Source: an uncultured Alphaproteobacteria bacterium
Lineage (GTDB): Bacteria > Pseudomonadota > Alphaproteobacteria > Rs-D84
DNA: 64,000 bases
Reading direction: 5' to 3'
NCBI GenBank assembly: GCA_944389345.1
Contig: CALXMA010000002.1
Coordinates: 75,406 to 139,405, forward strand
The notes under the pieces were generated by a model, which did not search any database, had not been told where the DNA came from, and saw nothing but the letters and a program-made list of their open reading frames with translations. Shown here in pieces: positions 1 through 9,062 of the stretch (position 1 is the first letter of the stretch; every line of letters begins with the position of its first letter). The position numbers were made by a program, and so were the translations under genes.

Positions 1-41
1 CATAAAGCAATACAAAACAGATATAAAATAGTGAGATAAAT

Positions 42-722
42 ATGAAAAACATTGCTCGAACTTTTTTCAAAAGATATAAAATAATTGGTAAAAACAATCA
101 GATTATAGTTAAAACCGATGATAAAGATACAGTTTTAACAAAATATAAAAAAGTTTCTGGGTTAAATATTGAAATCAAGGGTTCAAATAATACGATAACT
201 TTGACACCAAAGACCATATTTAAATCATCGAAAATAATAATAGAAGCAGATAATGCAAATCTTTCTTTTGGAACAAGTCCGGAAATAAATAATTTGTCCG
301 TATTTGTTCGTCTTGGTAAAAATCAAAAGTTAAAATGGGGTAACGGCAGCACAATAACTGGTGGCTACATAGAATTATGCGAAACGAACGCATCTGTGAC
401 CATAGGACAAGATTGTATGATTGGTTGGCATGTCAGTATTGTTGCGACAGATTTTCATGCAGTGCTTGATAAGAAAACTAAACAAGTATTAAACGGTCCG
501 GGCAATGTTGTAATTGGAAACAAATGCTGGCTTGGTCATGGTGTCAGGCTATTAAAAAATGCAAATATACCAAATAATACTATTGTTGGGGCAGAAAGTG
601 TTGTAACAAAGAAATTTACTGAAACACACACTGTAATTGGCGGTAATCCAGCAAAAGTCGTTAAGAAAAATGTTTGCTGGGACCGAAAATCTCCAACAGA
701 TTTTCATAATCGGCCCAACTGA
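42..722 (+). CDS. Hexapeptide-repeat (left-handed beta-helix) acetyltransferase, Maa/WcaF-like
   Basis: 226-aa ORF. The C-terminal half has LbH hexad pattern and a typical ending (...VIGNKCWLGHGVRLLKNANIPNNTIVGAESVV...VIGGNPAKVVKKNV). It sits in a visibly AT-rich block. Confidence 0.75.
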   Translation: MKNIARTFFKRYKIIGKNNQIIVKTDDKDTVLTKYKKVSGLNIEIKGSNNTITLTPKTIFKSSKIIIEADNANLSFGTSPEINNLSVFVRLGKNQKLKWGNGSTITGGYIELCETNASVTIGQDCMIGWHVSIVATDFHAVLDKKTKQVLNGPGNVVIGNKCWLGHGVRLLKNANIPNNTIVGAESVVTKKFTETHTVIGGNPAKVVKKNVCWDRKSPTDFHNRPN

Positions 723-954
723 TGGTACCGTTTTTATACCCCGTCAATATTTCTGTGGTTGGTGCAAATTCTGGGTGATATTCGTAAAGCGCACCCAATA
801 CTGTGGCCAGATTTTCACCACTGTAAAACGGAACGTACGCGCTGGCGCGCCACAGGCGTATGTCCCATACGGCGCAAACGCGTACCGCATTCAGGACTTC
901 TATAAACGCGTCTGGGCTTTTACCACTGAAACCAATTGTAAATATCTTTGGCAT
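661..954 (-). pseudogene. DUF488-family protein, apparently 3'-truncated
   Basis: 97-aa ORF (MPKIFTIGFSGKSPDAFIEVL...APTTEILTGYKNGTISWADYE) resembles the N-terminal two thirds of DUF488 proteins. The usual C-terminal Cys/His-containing part is missing. The last ~20 codons overlap the 3' end of the acetyltransferase gene. Confidence 0.45.
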
Positions 955-1186
955 ATCGCCATAATTATGTTGTGAAATATGTCCTTAATCAACCATCAAT
1001 TGTTGATCATTACCTGGCATGTACGGGTGGCAATGAATTCCTGTTCAACAACACGTAAATGGCCCGTAATCATCATATCATATTCACCAAACGTGTATTA
1101 TTTGTTGATTATACAATATAGTTGTTGTAGAGTTCTGTTAGGTATATATACCAATCATAGCATTCGTTCACCAAGGGAGAGTTTCC

Positions 1187-2659
1187 GTGAAAAAATTTGC
1201 AATTTTGACAAGCATTTTGGCACTGACCGCGTGTGGTGGCGGTTCTGGGGGTTCCGGGGCACCGGGTGGCGACGTTATTATTCCACCATCGGACGCGTTT
1301 GTTCCCCAAGAAGACACCATTGCGGAAAGCAATGCGGTACTGACAAGTATGGTATCAAACAGCGAATACCAGGTTGCGTTATACGTTTCCAATAAATTGG
1401 GGGACGATGCAGAATCTGTTGGTTTGGGAAATGTAACAGGACGCGGTGCAAACGCACGCGCACCATTTACGCCGAATCCATCGGGAACGATGGATTATGA
1501 CCGGGCGGCCGAATTGGTTGATATGGCCGAATGGTTGAACAGGTCTGATACCACCGCGGATGATATTATCGCAGAATTTAACAAAGACAGAAATAAAATC
1601 AAGGCCGCATTAAAACTGATGGATGATATGTACTGTTTTGTCGGGGGCGACGCGAACGAAACGGCACGGCGTATTTTAGAAACACGGGAATCACACGCAT
1701 TTGATAAGCCGTTGGACGATTTGTTGGATAAAACAGAAGTTTTTAATTTGAAAGACGTTATGTTTGACACTGTCGCGGGTGGTCGAATAACCAGGTTAAA
1801 ATTTAATGTAAACCCGCAAACCGGCGAAGTTGAATCTATTGAATATCCAGACGCCCAAGAAATAATGGACGAAGCGTCGCAAATTCCCAATGATTATACC
1901 GATATTACAATCGGCCCAATAAAACGCGACGGGAAAACGGCATTCTTTGTCGAACCAGTGGAACTGCCCGATGGGACCCCGATTAATGCAAGACACGAGT
2001 ATGTCAGTTATGCCAAAGAATTGGGATTGCGGTATTCGGACTTTGGTGTATTAAAAACAGACGCAACACAAATTCCGGGCGCAGAAGAATATGGAATACA
2101 ATATACCCCATTTGCGGGCGGGTATACAACCAAGGCCGTTGAAACAGACCGTATGATGGAATTGGCGAAAAACGGCGAAATGACCTTTACGGGGTTGGCA
2201 CGTGGAACCCTGAACAGATTTTATATAGACGAAGACGGAAACAACCATGAACAATCACTGGACAACAACGGTTTGCGCGACGATAACGCGACGTTGGTGT
2301 TTGCGACGGACGGAACCCAGACTTTGTCCGCAGATTTTGATAACTGGTATGGTATCCAGGCAATAAAAAACGCGGACGGAACAAACCAATTCAAAATTGT
2401 CCGTGACAATGAAAATGTACCCGCAAAATTCAGTGTAACACCCGGCACAGATACCAAATTGCCCGAAGATATGCCCATCAACACTAATGGTGGCACAACC
2501 AACGAAAGAATGCGTTTTGTCGTACATTATTATGGTGACAACAACATCCCGTCCGAGGCAACAGGCATGGTGATGTATCAATTCAATCCAAAGCCCCTGG
2601 AAACGGGCGACCCCGATGGGAATATTAACCTGGAACTGGGTTTTGGAGTAAAACGCTAA
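1187..2659 (+). CDS. Surface/periplasmic lipoprotein with TbpB/fHbp-like C-terminal beta-barrel domain
   Basis: GTG start after the AAGGGAGAG RBS. Lipobox ILALTAC followed by a Gly/Ser linker. C-terminus ...FVVHYYGDNNIPSEATGMVMYQF...NLELGFGVKR resembles the FYGxxAxExxGxF...FGAKR ending of TbpB-type barrels. Confidence 0.6.
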   Translation: MKKFAILTSILALTACGGGSGGSGAPGGDVIIPPSDAFVPQEDTIAESNAVLTSMVSNSEYQVALYVSNKLGDDAESVGLGNVTGRGANARAPFTPNPSGTMDYDRAAELVDMAEWLNRSDTTADDIIAEFNKDRNKIKAALKLMDDMYCFVGGDANETARRILETRESHAFDKPLDDLLDKTEVFNLKDVMFDTVAGGRITRLKFNVNPQTGEVESIEYPDAQEIMDEASQIPNDYTDITIGPIKRDGKTAFFVEPVELPDGTPINARHEYVSYAKELGLRYSDFGVLKTDATQIPGAEEYGIQYTPFAGGYTTKAVETDRMMELAKNGEMTFTGLARGTLNRFYIDEDGNNHEQSLDNNGLRDDNATLVFATDGTQTLSADFDNWYGIQAIKNADGTNQFKIVRDNENVPAKFSVTPGTDTKLPEDMPINTNGGTTNERMRFVVHYYGDNNIPSEATGMVMYQFNPKPLETGDPDGNINLELGFGVKR

Positions 2660-2666
2660 GGTTCAT

Positions 2667-2693
2667 AAAAAACGCCCGAACGGGCGTTTTTTA
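2667..2693. terminator. Bidirectional intrinsic terminator (lipoprotein gene / lgt)
   Basis: AAAAAACGCCCGAACGGGCGTTTTTT: a GC hairpin flanked by A and T tracts, between convergent genes. Confidence 0.8.
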
Positions 2694-2711
2694 ATTACAC
2701 GTCTGGGCCGG

Positions 2712-3539
2712 TTATTTTTTTCTGAACGCGATTGCAAAAACTGTGGCGCCGGCAACAAACATTATCCCTGACAGCAATTGCCCCATCGTCAGGCCCCAAC
2801 TGGTTAAAAAGCCAATCTGGACGTCTGGGGCGCGAAACTGCTCGCATAAAATACGAAATACCGCATACAGCATCGCCAATATTCCACCCAGCGCACCAGG
2901 GTGATTACGCAGTTTTGTAAAACGGTACAGGCAATACATTATTATAAATAACAAGATGCCTTCGGTGGTGGCCTCGTACAATGGGCTGGGGTGGCGGGGA
3001 ACATCTGGGTGGCCGGCAAATACAACGCCCCATGGAACGTCTGTGGGACGACCCATAACCTCCATATTAATAAAATTAGCAATGCGGCCGAAAAACAATC
3101 CAACCGGCGCGATTACCGCCAATATGTCCAACAGGCGGAACGCCGTATTATACACCCCGCCCCCGATTGCCCCGGATTTATTCTGGGCGCGGGCGAACAT
3201 AAACGTCGCAATAATTACGCCCAACAGACCGCCATGAAAACTCATTCCGCCATGCCATACCGCAAATATTTCCAATGGGTGCGCCAAGAAAAATGGTAAA
3301 TTATAAAACAGCACATACCCCAATCGGCCACCGATAATCACCCCCAGTATCAGTGCCGTCAGTAAATCGTCCAGTTGTTTCTTGGTTAATTTTATTTGGG
3401 CATCAGGGGCACGTGTAAACGAACGCAACATAAAATACCCAATAACAAATGCAAAAATATATGCCAGCGCGTACCAGCGCACGTCCAACCCAAATACAGA
3501 AAATGCCACCGGTGAAATTGGATCTATTACTATTGCCAT
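2712..3539 (-). CDS. lgt: Prolipoprotein diacylglyceryl transferase
   Basis: 275 aa, multi-TM. Lgt-like motifs HGGMSFHGGLLGVIIA and FGRIANFINMEVMGRPTDVPWGVVF. Confidence 0.9.
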   Translation of the reverse strand: MAIVIDPISPVAFSVFGLDVRWYALAYIFAFVIGYFMLRSFTRAPDAQIKLTKKQLDDLLTALILGVIIGGRLGYVLFYNLPFFLAHPLEIFAVWHGGMSFHGGLLGVIIATFMFARAQNKSGAIGGGVYNTAFRLLDILAVIAPVGLFFGRIANFINMEVMGRPTDVPWGVVFAGHPDVPRHPSPLYEATTEGILLFIIMYCLYRFTKLRNHPGALGGILAMLYAVFRILCEQFRAPDVQIGFLTSWGLTMGQLLSGIMFVAGATVFAIAFRKK

Positions 3540-3619
3540 CGTCGCCCCCGAAAATTATATACCTTGAATTAGTCGATTTATTGTATTATATATTCTGGTA
3601 TCTAAACAAGGAGAAAAAC

Positions 3620-4363
3620 ATGGCAATAAGAAATGTTGCAACAAAGACAAAATCCCAAAACACAGTTGCGGGAACGCGCGCAGATGGCGGTTTGTCCGTT
3701 TATTTGAAGCGCATATTTGCACTGATGTTTGGTGCGGTGCTGGTGACGGCACTGGCGTCTTATCTGACGATGGCGACACCGTTATGGACGGTTTTGTTCA
3801 CGGCGAACGGACTGTCTGCGGTTTATTATGTATTACTGTTCGGCGGATTGGCGTTGTCCATATGGGCCCAGGTGCGCGCATTCAGTTTCAAACCATCAAC
3901 AGGTGCACTGATGCTGATGTTATATGCGGTGCTGACCGGGGTTGTTATGACACCGTTGTTGTTGGTGGCAATAACGAATAATCCGTTGACAATTCTGTCG
4001 GCGTTCGTTATCGCGGCCGTTATGTTCGCGTGCATGGCACTGTTCGGATACAAGACTGTCAAAGACCTGTCGTTTATGGGAATATTCCTGTTTATGGGTA
4101 TGATTGGTCTGATTCTGGTTGGTTTGGCGTCGTTTATATGGCCGGCGATTGTCGGCGGTACGTTTGGGACAATCGTGTGCCTTATCGGCGTACTGATTTT
4201 TGCCCTGTTTACCGCGTATGACATGCAGAACCTGAAACGCGCGTATGCCGTACTGGGCGATGGCAACCAGAAAAATCAAATGGCTGTGTTGGGTGCATTG
4301 CATCTGTACATATCATTTGTCGCGATGTTCCAATATCTGTTAAGTTTACTGAACAGAAATTAA
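3620..4363 (+). CDS. BAX inhibitor-1/YccA family membrane protein
   Basis: ATG at 3620 preceded by AAGGAG. Seven-TM profile with a family-like C-terminus ...FTAYDMQNLKRAY...GALHLYISFVAMFQYLLSLL. The upstream part of the 3449 ORF overlaps lgt and is rejected. Confidence 0.85.
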   Translation: MAIRNVATKTKSQNTVAGTRADGGLSVYLKRIFALMFGAVLVTALASYLTMATPLWTVLFTANGLSAVYYVLLFGGLALSIWAQVRAFSFKPSTGALMLMLYAVLTGVVMTPLLLVAITNNPLTILSAFVIAAVMFACMALFGYKTVKDLSFMGIFLFMGMIGLILVGLASFIWPAIVGGTFGTIVCLIGVLIFALFTAYDMQNLKRAYAVLGDGNQKNQMAVLGALHLYISFVAMFQYLLSLLNRN

Positions 4364-4388
4364 TCAAAACAAAAAATGGAGTTGTAAA

Positions 4389-4571
4389 ATGGCGTACAAA
4401 ATAGACCCGGCAAAGTGCATTGCATGTCATACATGTATGGGCGCATGCCCGGTGGGCGCAATTTCTGTTGGTCCAGACAGCAAATGCGTTATAGACCCGG
4501 CAAAGTGCATTTCGTGTGGGACATGCGCGATGATGTGTCCTGCGTCGGCAATCGCACCAGATGTTAAATAA
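4389..4571 (+). CDS. 2x[4Fe-4S] ferredoxin
   Basis: 60 aa with two CxxCxxCxxxCP motifs (CIACHTCMGACP, CISCGTCAMMCP). Confidence 0.9.
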   Translation: MAYKIDPAKCIACHTCMGACPVGAISVGPDSKCVIDPAKCISCGTCAMMCPASAIAPDVK

Positions 4572-4587
4572 TATCCGGGGTAATATT

Positions 4588-4613
4588 CGGGGGCGTCGCG
4601 CCCCCGTTTTTTT
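4588..4613 (+). terminator. Intrinsic terminator after ferredoxin gene
   Basis: CGGGGGCGTCGCGCCCCCG followed by T7. Confidence 0.85.
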
Positions 4614-4680
4614 GTTAAAACAGTTGCAAATATATAAATTCTGTATAACAATAATCCGGTAATATTTTAGGGGATAAAAA

Positions 4681-6051
4681 ATGCCAGCAAAAACAGTAAA
4701 TGATATTGTCGCATTATGTAAACGACGTGGTTTTATTTTCACAGGTTCTGAAATTTATGGCGGTCTGGGCGGGGCATACGATTATGGCCCGTACGGCGTG
4801 GAATTAATGAAAAATATTCGTAACGCTTGGTGGGGCGCAATGGTCTATTCACGCAACGATATCGAAGGACTGGACGCCGCATTAATCAGCAATCGGTTGC
4901 TGTGGAAATATTCTGGGCACGAAGGCAGTTTTTCTGACCCGTTGGTCGAATGCAAAAAGTGTGGTGCACGTATGCGCCAAGATAAAATGCGCGACCAAAC
5001 AAAATGCGATAACTGTGGCAGTACGGATTTAACACCACCGCGCGCATATCAATTGATGATGGGACTGTCTATTGGGGCAACCGCGGACGGGGCGATAAAT
5101 GCGTATCTGCGTCCGGAAACCGCAACGACAACGTATGTCAATTTCAAAAATGTATTAGATGCATGTCCGCACAAATTACCGTTCGGCATTGCGCAAATTG
5201 GCAAGGCATTCAGAAATGAAATTTCCCCGCGCGGATTCGTGTTCCGTATGCGCGAATTCGAACAGGCAGAAATGCAATACTTTGTAAACCCGGCCGATGA
5301 TGAAAAATACTTTGAAATGTGGAAGGAAATCCGCATGGCATGGTGGGTGAATGTATTGGGAATTCCGGCGGAAAAATTGCGCTTTACACCACACGAAAAA
5401 CTGGCCCATTATGCCAAGGCCGCCGGCGATATAGAATACGAATTTCCCGATGGGTTTGACGAAGTCGAAGGTATACATAATCGCCAGGACTTTGACCTGG
5501 GGTCGCATACCAAGGCGCAAAACGAATTCAATATCCAGGCCAACGTTATGGATAATCACGACAGTACGACAAAACTGGCGTACAGTGATCCACAAACCGG
5601 CGAAAGTTTTATCCCGTTCGTAATTGAAACCGCAATGGGTGTTAATCGTGCAATGTTGGCGGTCATGCTGGACGCGTATACCGAAGAAGATTTGGGCGGT
5701 GGAAAATCACGCGTTGTGTTAAAACTGAAACCTGCGTTGGCCCCGGTAAAGGCCGCGGTTATTCCATTGGCACGCAATGTCCCGGAACTGGTAAACATCG
5801 CAAATGATATCGAAAACGATTTGCGTAAATTACATATAGGTCGTATCGAACTGGAAAATTCTGGGAATATTGGTAAAAACTATCGCAGACACGATGAAAT
5901 CGGTACCCCGGTATGTATAACCGTAGACCATCAAACAATCGAAGACCACACCGTAACGTTGCGTTATCGTGATTCTATGCAACAGGAACGCGTCGCGATT
6001 GCCGATGTGCCGGCACGTGTTATGGAAATCATAAATAAAAACGAAAAATAA
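4681..6051 (+). CDS. glyQS: Glycine--tRNA ligase, homodimeric (alpha2) type
   Basis: 456 aa. N-terminus ...CKRRGFIFTGSEIYGGLGGAYDYGPYGVELMKNIRNAWW is typical of single-chain GlyRS. Class II core and anticodon-binding C-terminus. Confidence 0.9.
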   Translation: MPAKTVNDIVALCKRRGFIFTGSEIYGGLGGAYDYGPYGVELMKNIRNAWWGAMVYSRNDIEGLDAALISNRLLWKYSGHEGSFSDPLVECKKCGARMRQDKMRDQTKCDNCGSTDLTPPRAYQLMMGLSIGATADGAINAYLRPETATTTYVNFKNVLDACPHKLPFGIAQIGKAFRNEISPRGFVFRMREFEQAEMQYFVNPADDEKYFEMWKEIRMAWWVNVLGIPAEKLRFTPHEKLAHYAKAAGDIEYEFPDGFDEVEGIHNRQDFDLGSHTKAQNEFNIQANVMDNHDSTTKLAYSDPQTGESFIPFVIETAMGVNRAMLAVMLDAYTEEDLGGGKSRVVLKLKPALAPVKAAVIPLARNVPELVNIANDIENDLRKLHIGRIELENSGNIGKNYRRHDEIGTPVCITVDHQTIEDHTVTLRYRDSMQQERVAIADVPARVMEIINKNEK

Positions 6052-6079
6052 AAAATCGCCCGTTTGGGCGATTTTTTTA
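6052..6079. terminator. Bidirectional intrinsic terminator (glyQS / 6077 gene)
   Basis: AAAAAATCGCCCGTTTGGGCGATTTTTTT between convergent genes. Confidence 0.8.
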
Positions 6080-7786
6080 TTCTGTTGTGGTATCCGCGGT
6101 TCCGGCCATATTCGGGATAAATATCTGGTCGTTATAATATCCCAAAAATCTGTTTCCGGTGGCACAGTATACCTTTTGCAGTGAATCTTCGTATTCGCGC
6201 ACCGCCGTAACCCAACGATTTTGAACGTCATTCTGGGCGCCCTGGTACCCGACAAAACCACCCAATGCACCGCCAACACCGGCGCCTATTAATGTACTTT
6301 TCAAACGCGCCTTGTTTCCAAAGTCAATCAAACTGCCGTCGGTGGCATCCACCATCATCGGATAAAAATTCTGGACATCTGTATCCGTGTTATCAGACAA
6401 TGCGTATGCATCACCATTCGTGGTACGGCCGTATATCGTCACACCATTACGATTATTACGGCGCCATTCACGCCAATCCGCCTGGGTCAAACCAAACGCC
6501 TTGTCCCGCATTTCCAGCATCGCAGGCATTTGACGGTCTATGCGACCGGCACTGGACACCAATGCATATATACCGCGACCAACGTCGACATTATCGCCAC
6601 CCTGGGTCGCGGGAACCATACTGATTACGCCATTATTACTGGAAACATAATATTGATAACTGGAATTCGCCAAAATACGTTCGAATTGTTCGTCTGTTAC
6701 ATCTTCGATATTTGCATCTGGGTACGCGGCCAGACGAATAGACGCCAATTCTTCTTCTTTGCAATTGGTCATATTTGCATCGCAAACAAAGGTTTCATTG
6801 GTATCTATGTTAAAAAACGCACGTTCCGTGGTCAGTGGCGTTGTCGTTGCCAAAACACCCCACAGACACGATGTACGGCGCCCCGCCCCATCCGCGCCAT
6901 CCGGGATGGTACAATCTTCGATACGCAGTACAGAACCACCCGTCGCGGCCATATTTCCAATAACACTGCCGGCGGTGGCATTCACACCCGCAGATAAAAT
7001 AGTGTCCCCGGCAACCTTGCCAGTATAGGCATTGGCCGCCATCAGGCCAGACCCCAATACCGCACCAATCGCCGTGCCCTGTAATTTACCAGTGTCCGTG
7101 CCCAACAAACTGTCGTTTCCGCGGTCATTTTGGCCCAACATATTTCCGCCCAGACCGCCAATTATTGCGCCCGCCGCAATCTTTAACCCGGCGTTTTTCT
7201 TTTGTTCTTGATTCATCACGTCAACAACGTCGTCCATTGTCGGGGCGGCATCCGCGGGGAAAACAATACTTTCCGCGTCCACAGTGTATGAATCTGATGG
7301 AAATTCCGAAATGTTGCATATCATCGCATCACCAGATGCCAAATACGCACGTGCCAAAACGACATCTGAACCATCTTGGCCCATTTGATAACCGCGCATT
7401 TCAACAATCGCGGTACATGTATCCGCACCACCCGCGCCACGACCAACCGTCGGTTGCGTCCAATCAAATTCGCCGTTCGGATAAATCATAGAACAACGTT
7501 CCATACGCGCATCGCGGATAACATTCACATCATCAACAGCCGCGGTCCCGTCAGTATTCTGGGTGGCCACGGTATTCGTGGTCGGTGTTGTTGTGTTTTG
7601 ACCGGGCTGGGGCTGGTTCACGTAAATAGGCTGTGGGCCCATGCGGGCATCGTTTACCTGTTGATATGCCTGGGCATAACTGCGCGAATGATTACCAACA
7701 CGAATTGCGGAATTTGCATCAAACGACACAACACCCAAAATCACGGCAAACAAAGAATAATGAAGAATTGAACGTGTTGCTTTCAT
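6077..7786 (-). CDS. Secreted Cys-containing protein with three glycine-zipper segments, unknown function
   Basis: Start ATG at 7786 after GGGGGA. Signal peptide MKATRSILHYSLFAVILGVVSFDANSA. Glycine-zipper stretches AAGAIIGGLGGNMLG, GTAIGAVLGSGLMAANA and LIGAGVGGALGGFVGYQGA. FVCDANMTNC motif. Confidence 0.6.
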   Translation of the reverse strand: MKATRSILHYSLFAVILGVVSFDANSAIRVGNHSRSYAQAYQQVNDARMGPQPIYVNQPQPGQNTTTPTTNTVATQNTDGTAAVDDVNVIRDARMERCSMIYPNGEFDWTQPTVGRGAGGADTCTAIVEMRGYQMGQDGSDVVLARAYLASGDAMICNISEFPSDSYTVDAESIVFPADAAPTMDDVVDVMNQEQKKNAGLKIAAGAIIGGLGGNMLGQNDRGNDSLLGTDTGKLQGTAIGAVLGSGLMAANAYTGKVAGDTILSAGVNATAGSVIGNMAATGGSVLRIEDCTIPDGADGAGRRTSCLWGVLATTTPLTTERAFFNIDTNETFVCDANMTNCKEEELASIRLAAYPDANIEDVTDEQFERILANSSYQYYVSSNNGVISMVPATQGGDNVDVGRGIYALVSSAGRIDRQMPAMLEMRDKAFGLTQADWREWRRNNRNGVTIYGRTTNGDAYALSDNTDTDVQNFYPMMVDATDGSLIDFGNKARLKSTLIGAGVGGALGGFVGYQGAQNDVQNRWVTAVREYEDSLQKVYCATGNRFLGYYNDQIFIPNMAGTADTTTE

Positions 7787-7838
7787 CGATATCCCCCAAT
7801 GTGCCATTCAGACACATTTCCCCCAACCGCACAAAATA

Positions 7839-8915
7839 TCAAAACTGTAATCTTAATCTGACACCAACGTCAACCGTGCTAAGACGGCCACTTTCGTACC
7901 AGTTTGTGTAATGGAATACACTGTCATACGGGGCGGGATATTCACCACCGGCGCCATCGCCCAACCATTCTGTTTGGGATACAATAATACTGCCCGATGA
8001 TTTAACCTTGCCCAGGTTGGTGTATCTGACAAAGAAATCTATTTTTATTCCGCCATCCATTTCCGTGGTCAATCCGCCTTCGAACATAAACGCTAACTGT
8101 TCCGCAGTACCACCGTTATGATACGCATACACGTCGGAAATACCGGTCAAATCACCCGGCCCCGCCATAGACGGTTCCATTTCTGAATAAAAAGTATCGT
8201 CATAGATAACATAGTCCGCAATCGTATTTAACGAAATACCAACGCCAACACCAACATACGGGCGCAACATACCGCCCGCCATATATCCCGTATATGCGTC
8301 TATGTTATAATACAAATTTAACATTGTCGCGTTCGCGGTAATCGCACCACCGTCCACAGTCGCTTCGACATAGCCACCAATCCCATCAGACGATTGGACC
8401 ATGTCCGGATACGAAATTCCCGAATAGCGTAAATACGAAAAATCAACGCGCAAATCGTTATTAATTGATGCACCAACCGATAACTGCAACGGAATTACAG
8501 TGTCGGTGTTAAAGTCAGCCTCTTGAAAAGCACCCGGAACGAACCAAGCGTTTTGTTCGCCCATATAGTCCGCAAGGACGGATCCACTGACACTGGCAGA
8601 ATATGCAACCCCCAGCCCAACGTACAGACCACTGTCCGCCAAACGGTCAAAATCAGATGGTTGATAATACTGGCGCCCGGCGGTGGTCACGTTTGATCCA
8701 ACCCGGGGCAATGAACCTGTTATCCGTGTAGGATTGGCAACATTAGGATTTGATGTTGGCACCGTTGTACCCGTATTTGTCGGTAAATAAATAACCTGGC
8801 CCGATGCATTTGTACCCTGGTACCCGGAATATACAGGATATTGCGCAGAATATGCCACACCGTGCATACCAAACAAAACACCCGCCAATGTCGCAAGAAA
8901 GCCGACTTTTTTCAT
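7839..8915 (-). CDS. Outer-membrane beta-barrel protein
   Basis: Signal peptide MKKVGFLATLAGVLFGMHGVAYSA. Alternating beta-strand pattern. C-terminal ...VDVGVRLRLQF (terminal Phe). Only 31 nt upstream of the 6077-7786 gene. Confidence 0.7.
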   Translation of the reverse strand: MKKVGFLATLAGVLFGMHGVAYSAQYPVYSGYQGTNASGQVIYLPTNTGTTVPTSNPNVANPTRITGSLPRVGSNVTTAGRQYYQPSDFDRLADSGLYVGLGVAYSASVSGSVLADYMGEQNAWFVPGAFQEADFNTDTVIPLQLSVGASINNDLRVDFSYLRYSGISYPDMVQSSDGIGGYVEATVDGGAITANATMLNLYYNIDAYTGYMAGGMLRPYVGVGVGISLNTIADYVIYDDTFYSEMEPSMAGPGDLTGISDVYAYHNGGTAEQLAFMFEGGLTTEMDGGIKIDFFVRYTNLGKVKSSGSIIVSQTEWLGDGAGGEYPAPYDSVFHYTNWYESGRLSTVDVGVRLRLQF

Positions 8916-8993
8916 TGCCTTTCCATTTTCCTTTTAACGTATTATATCATAAAAATATTCTGGATAAAAGTATTTAGTTTATCGCGTTATTTG

Positions 8994-9022
8994 ATAAAAA
9001 TACCCCGCCACACGGCGGGGTA
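8994..9022 (-). terminator. Intrinsic terminator after OMP gene 9063-10085
   Basis: Minus strand reads TACCCCGCCGTGTGGCGGGGTATTTTT. Confidence 0.8.
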
Positions 9023-9062
9023 AGTGTCCAATATATTAAATTTACTGATTTTTCAGTCTTGC

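Noticed and set aside
3449-3619. Upstream extension of the BI-1/YccA ORF
   Set aside because: It overlaps lgt on the opposite strand, and the AAGGAG-preceded ATG at 3620 gives a family-typical N-terminus.
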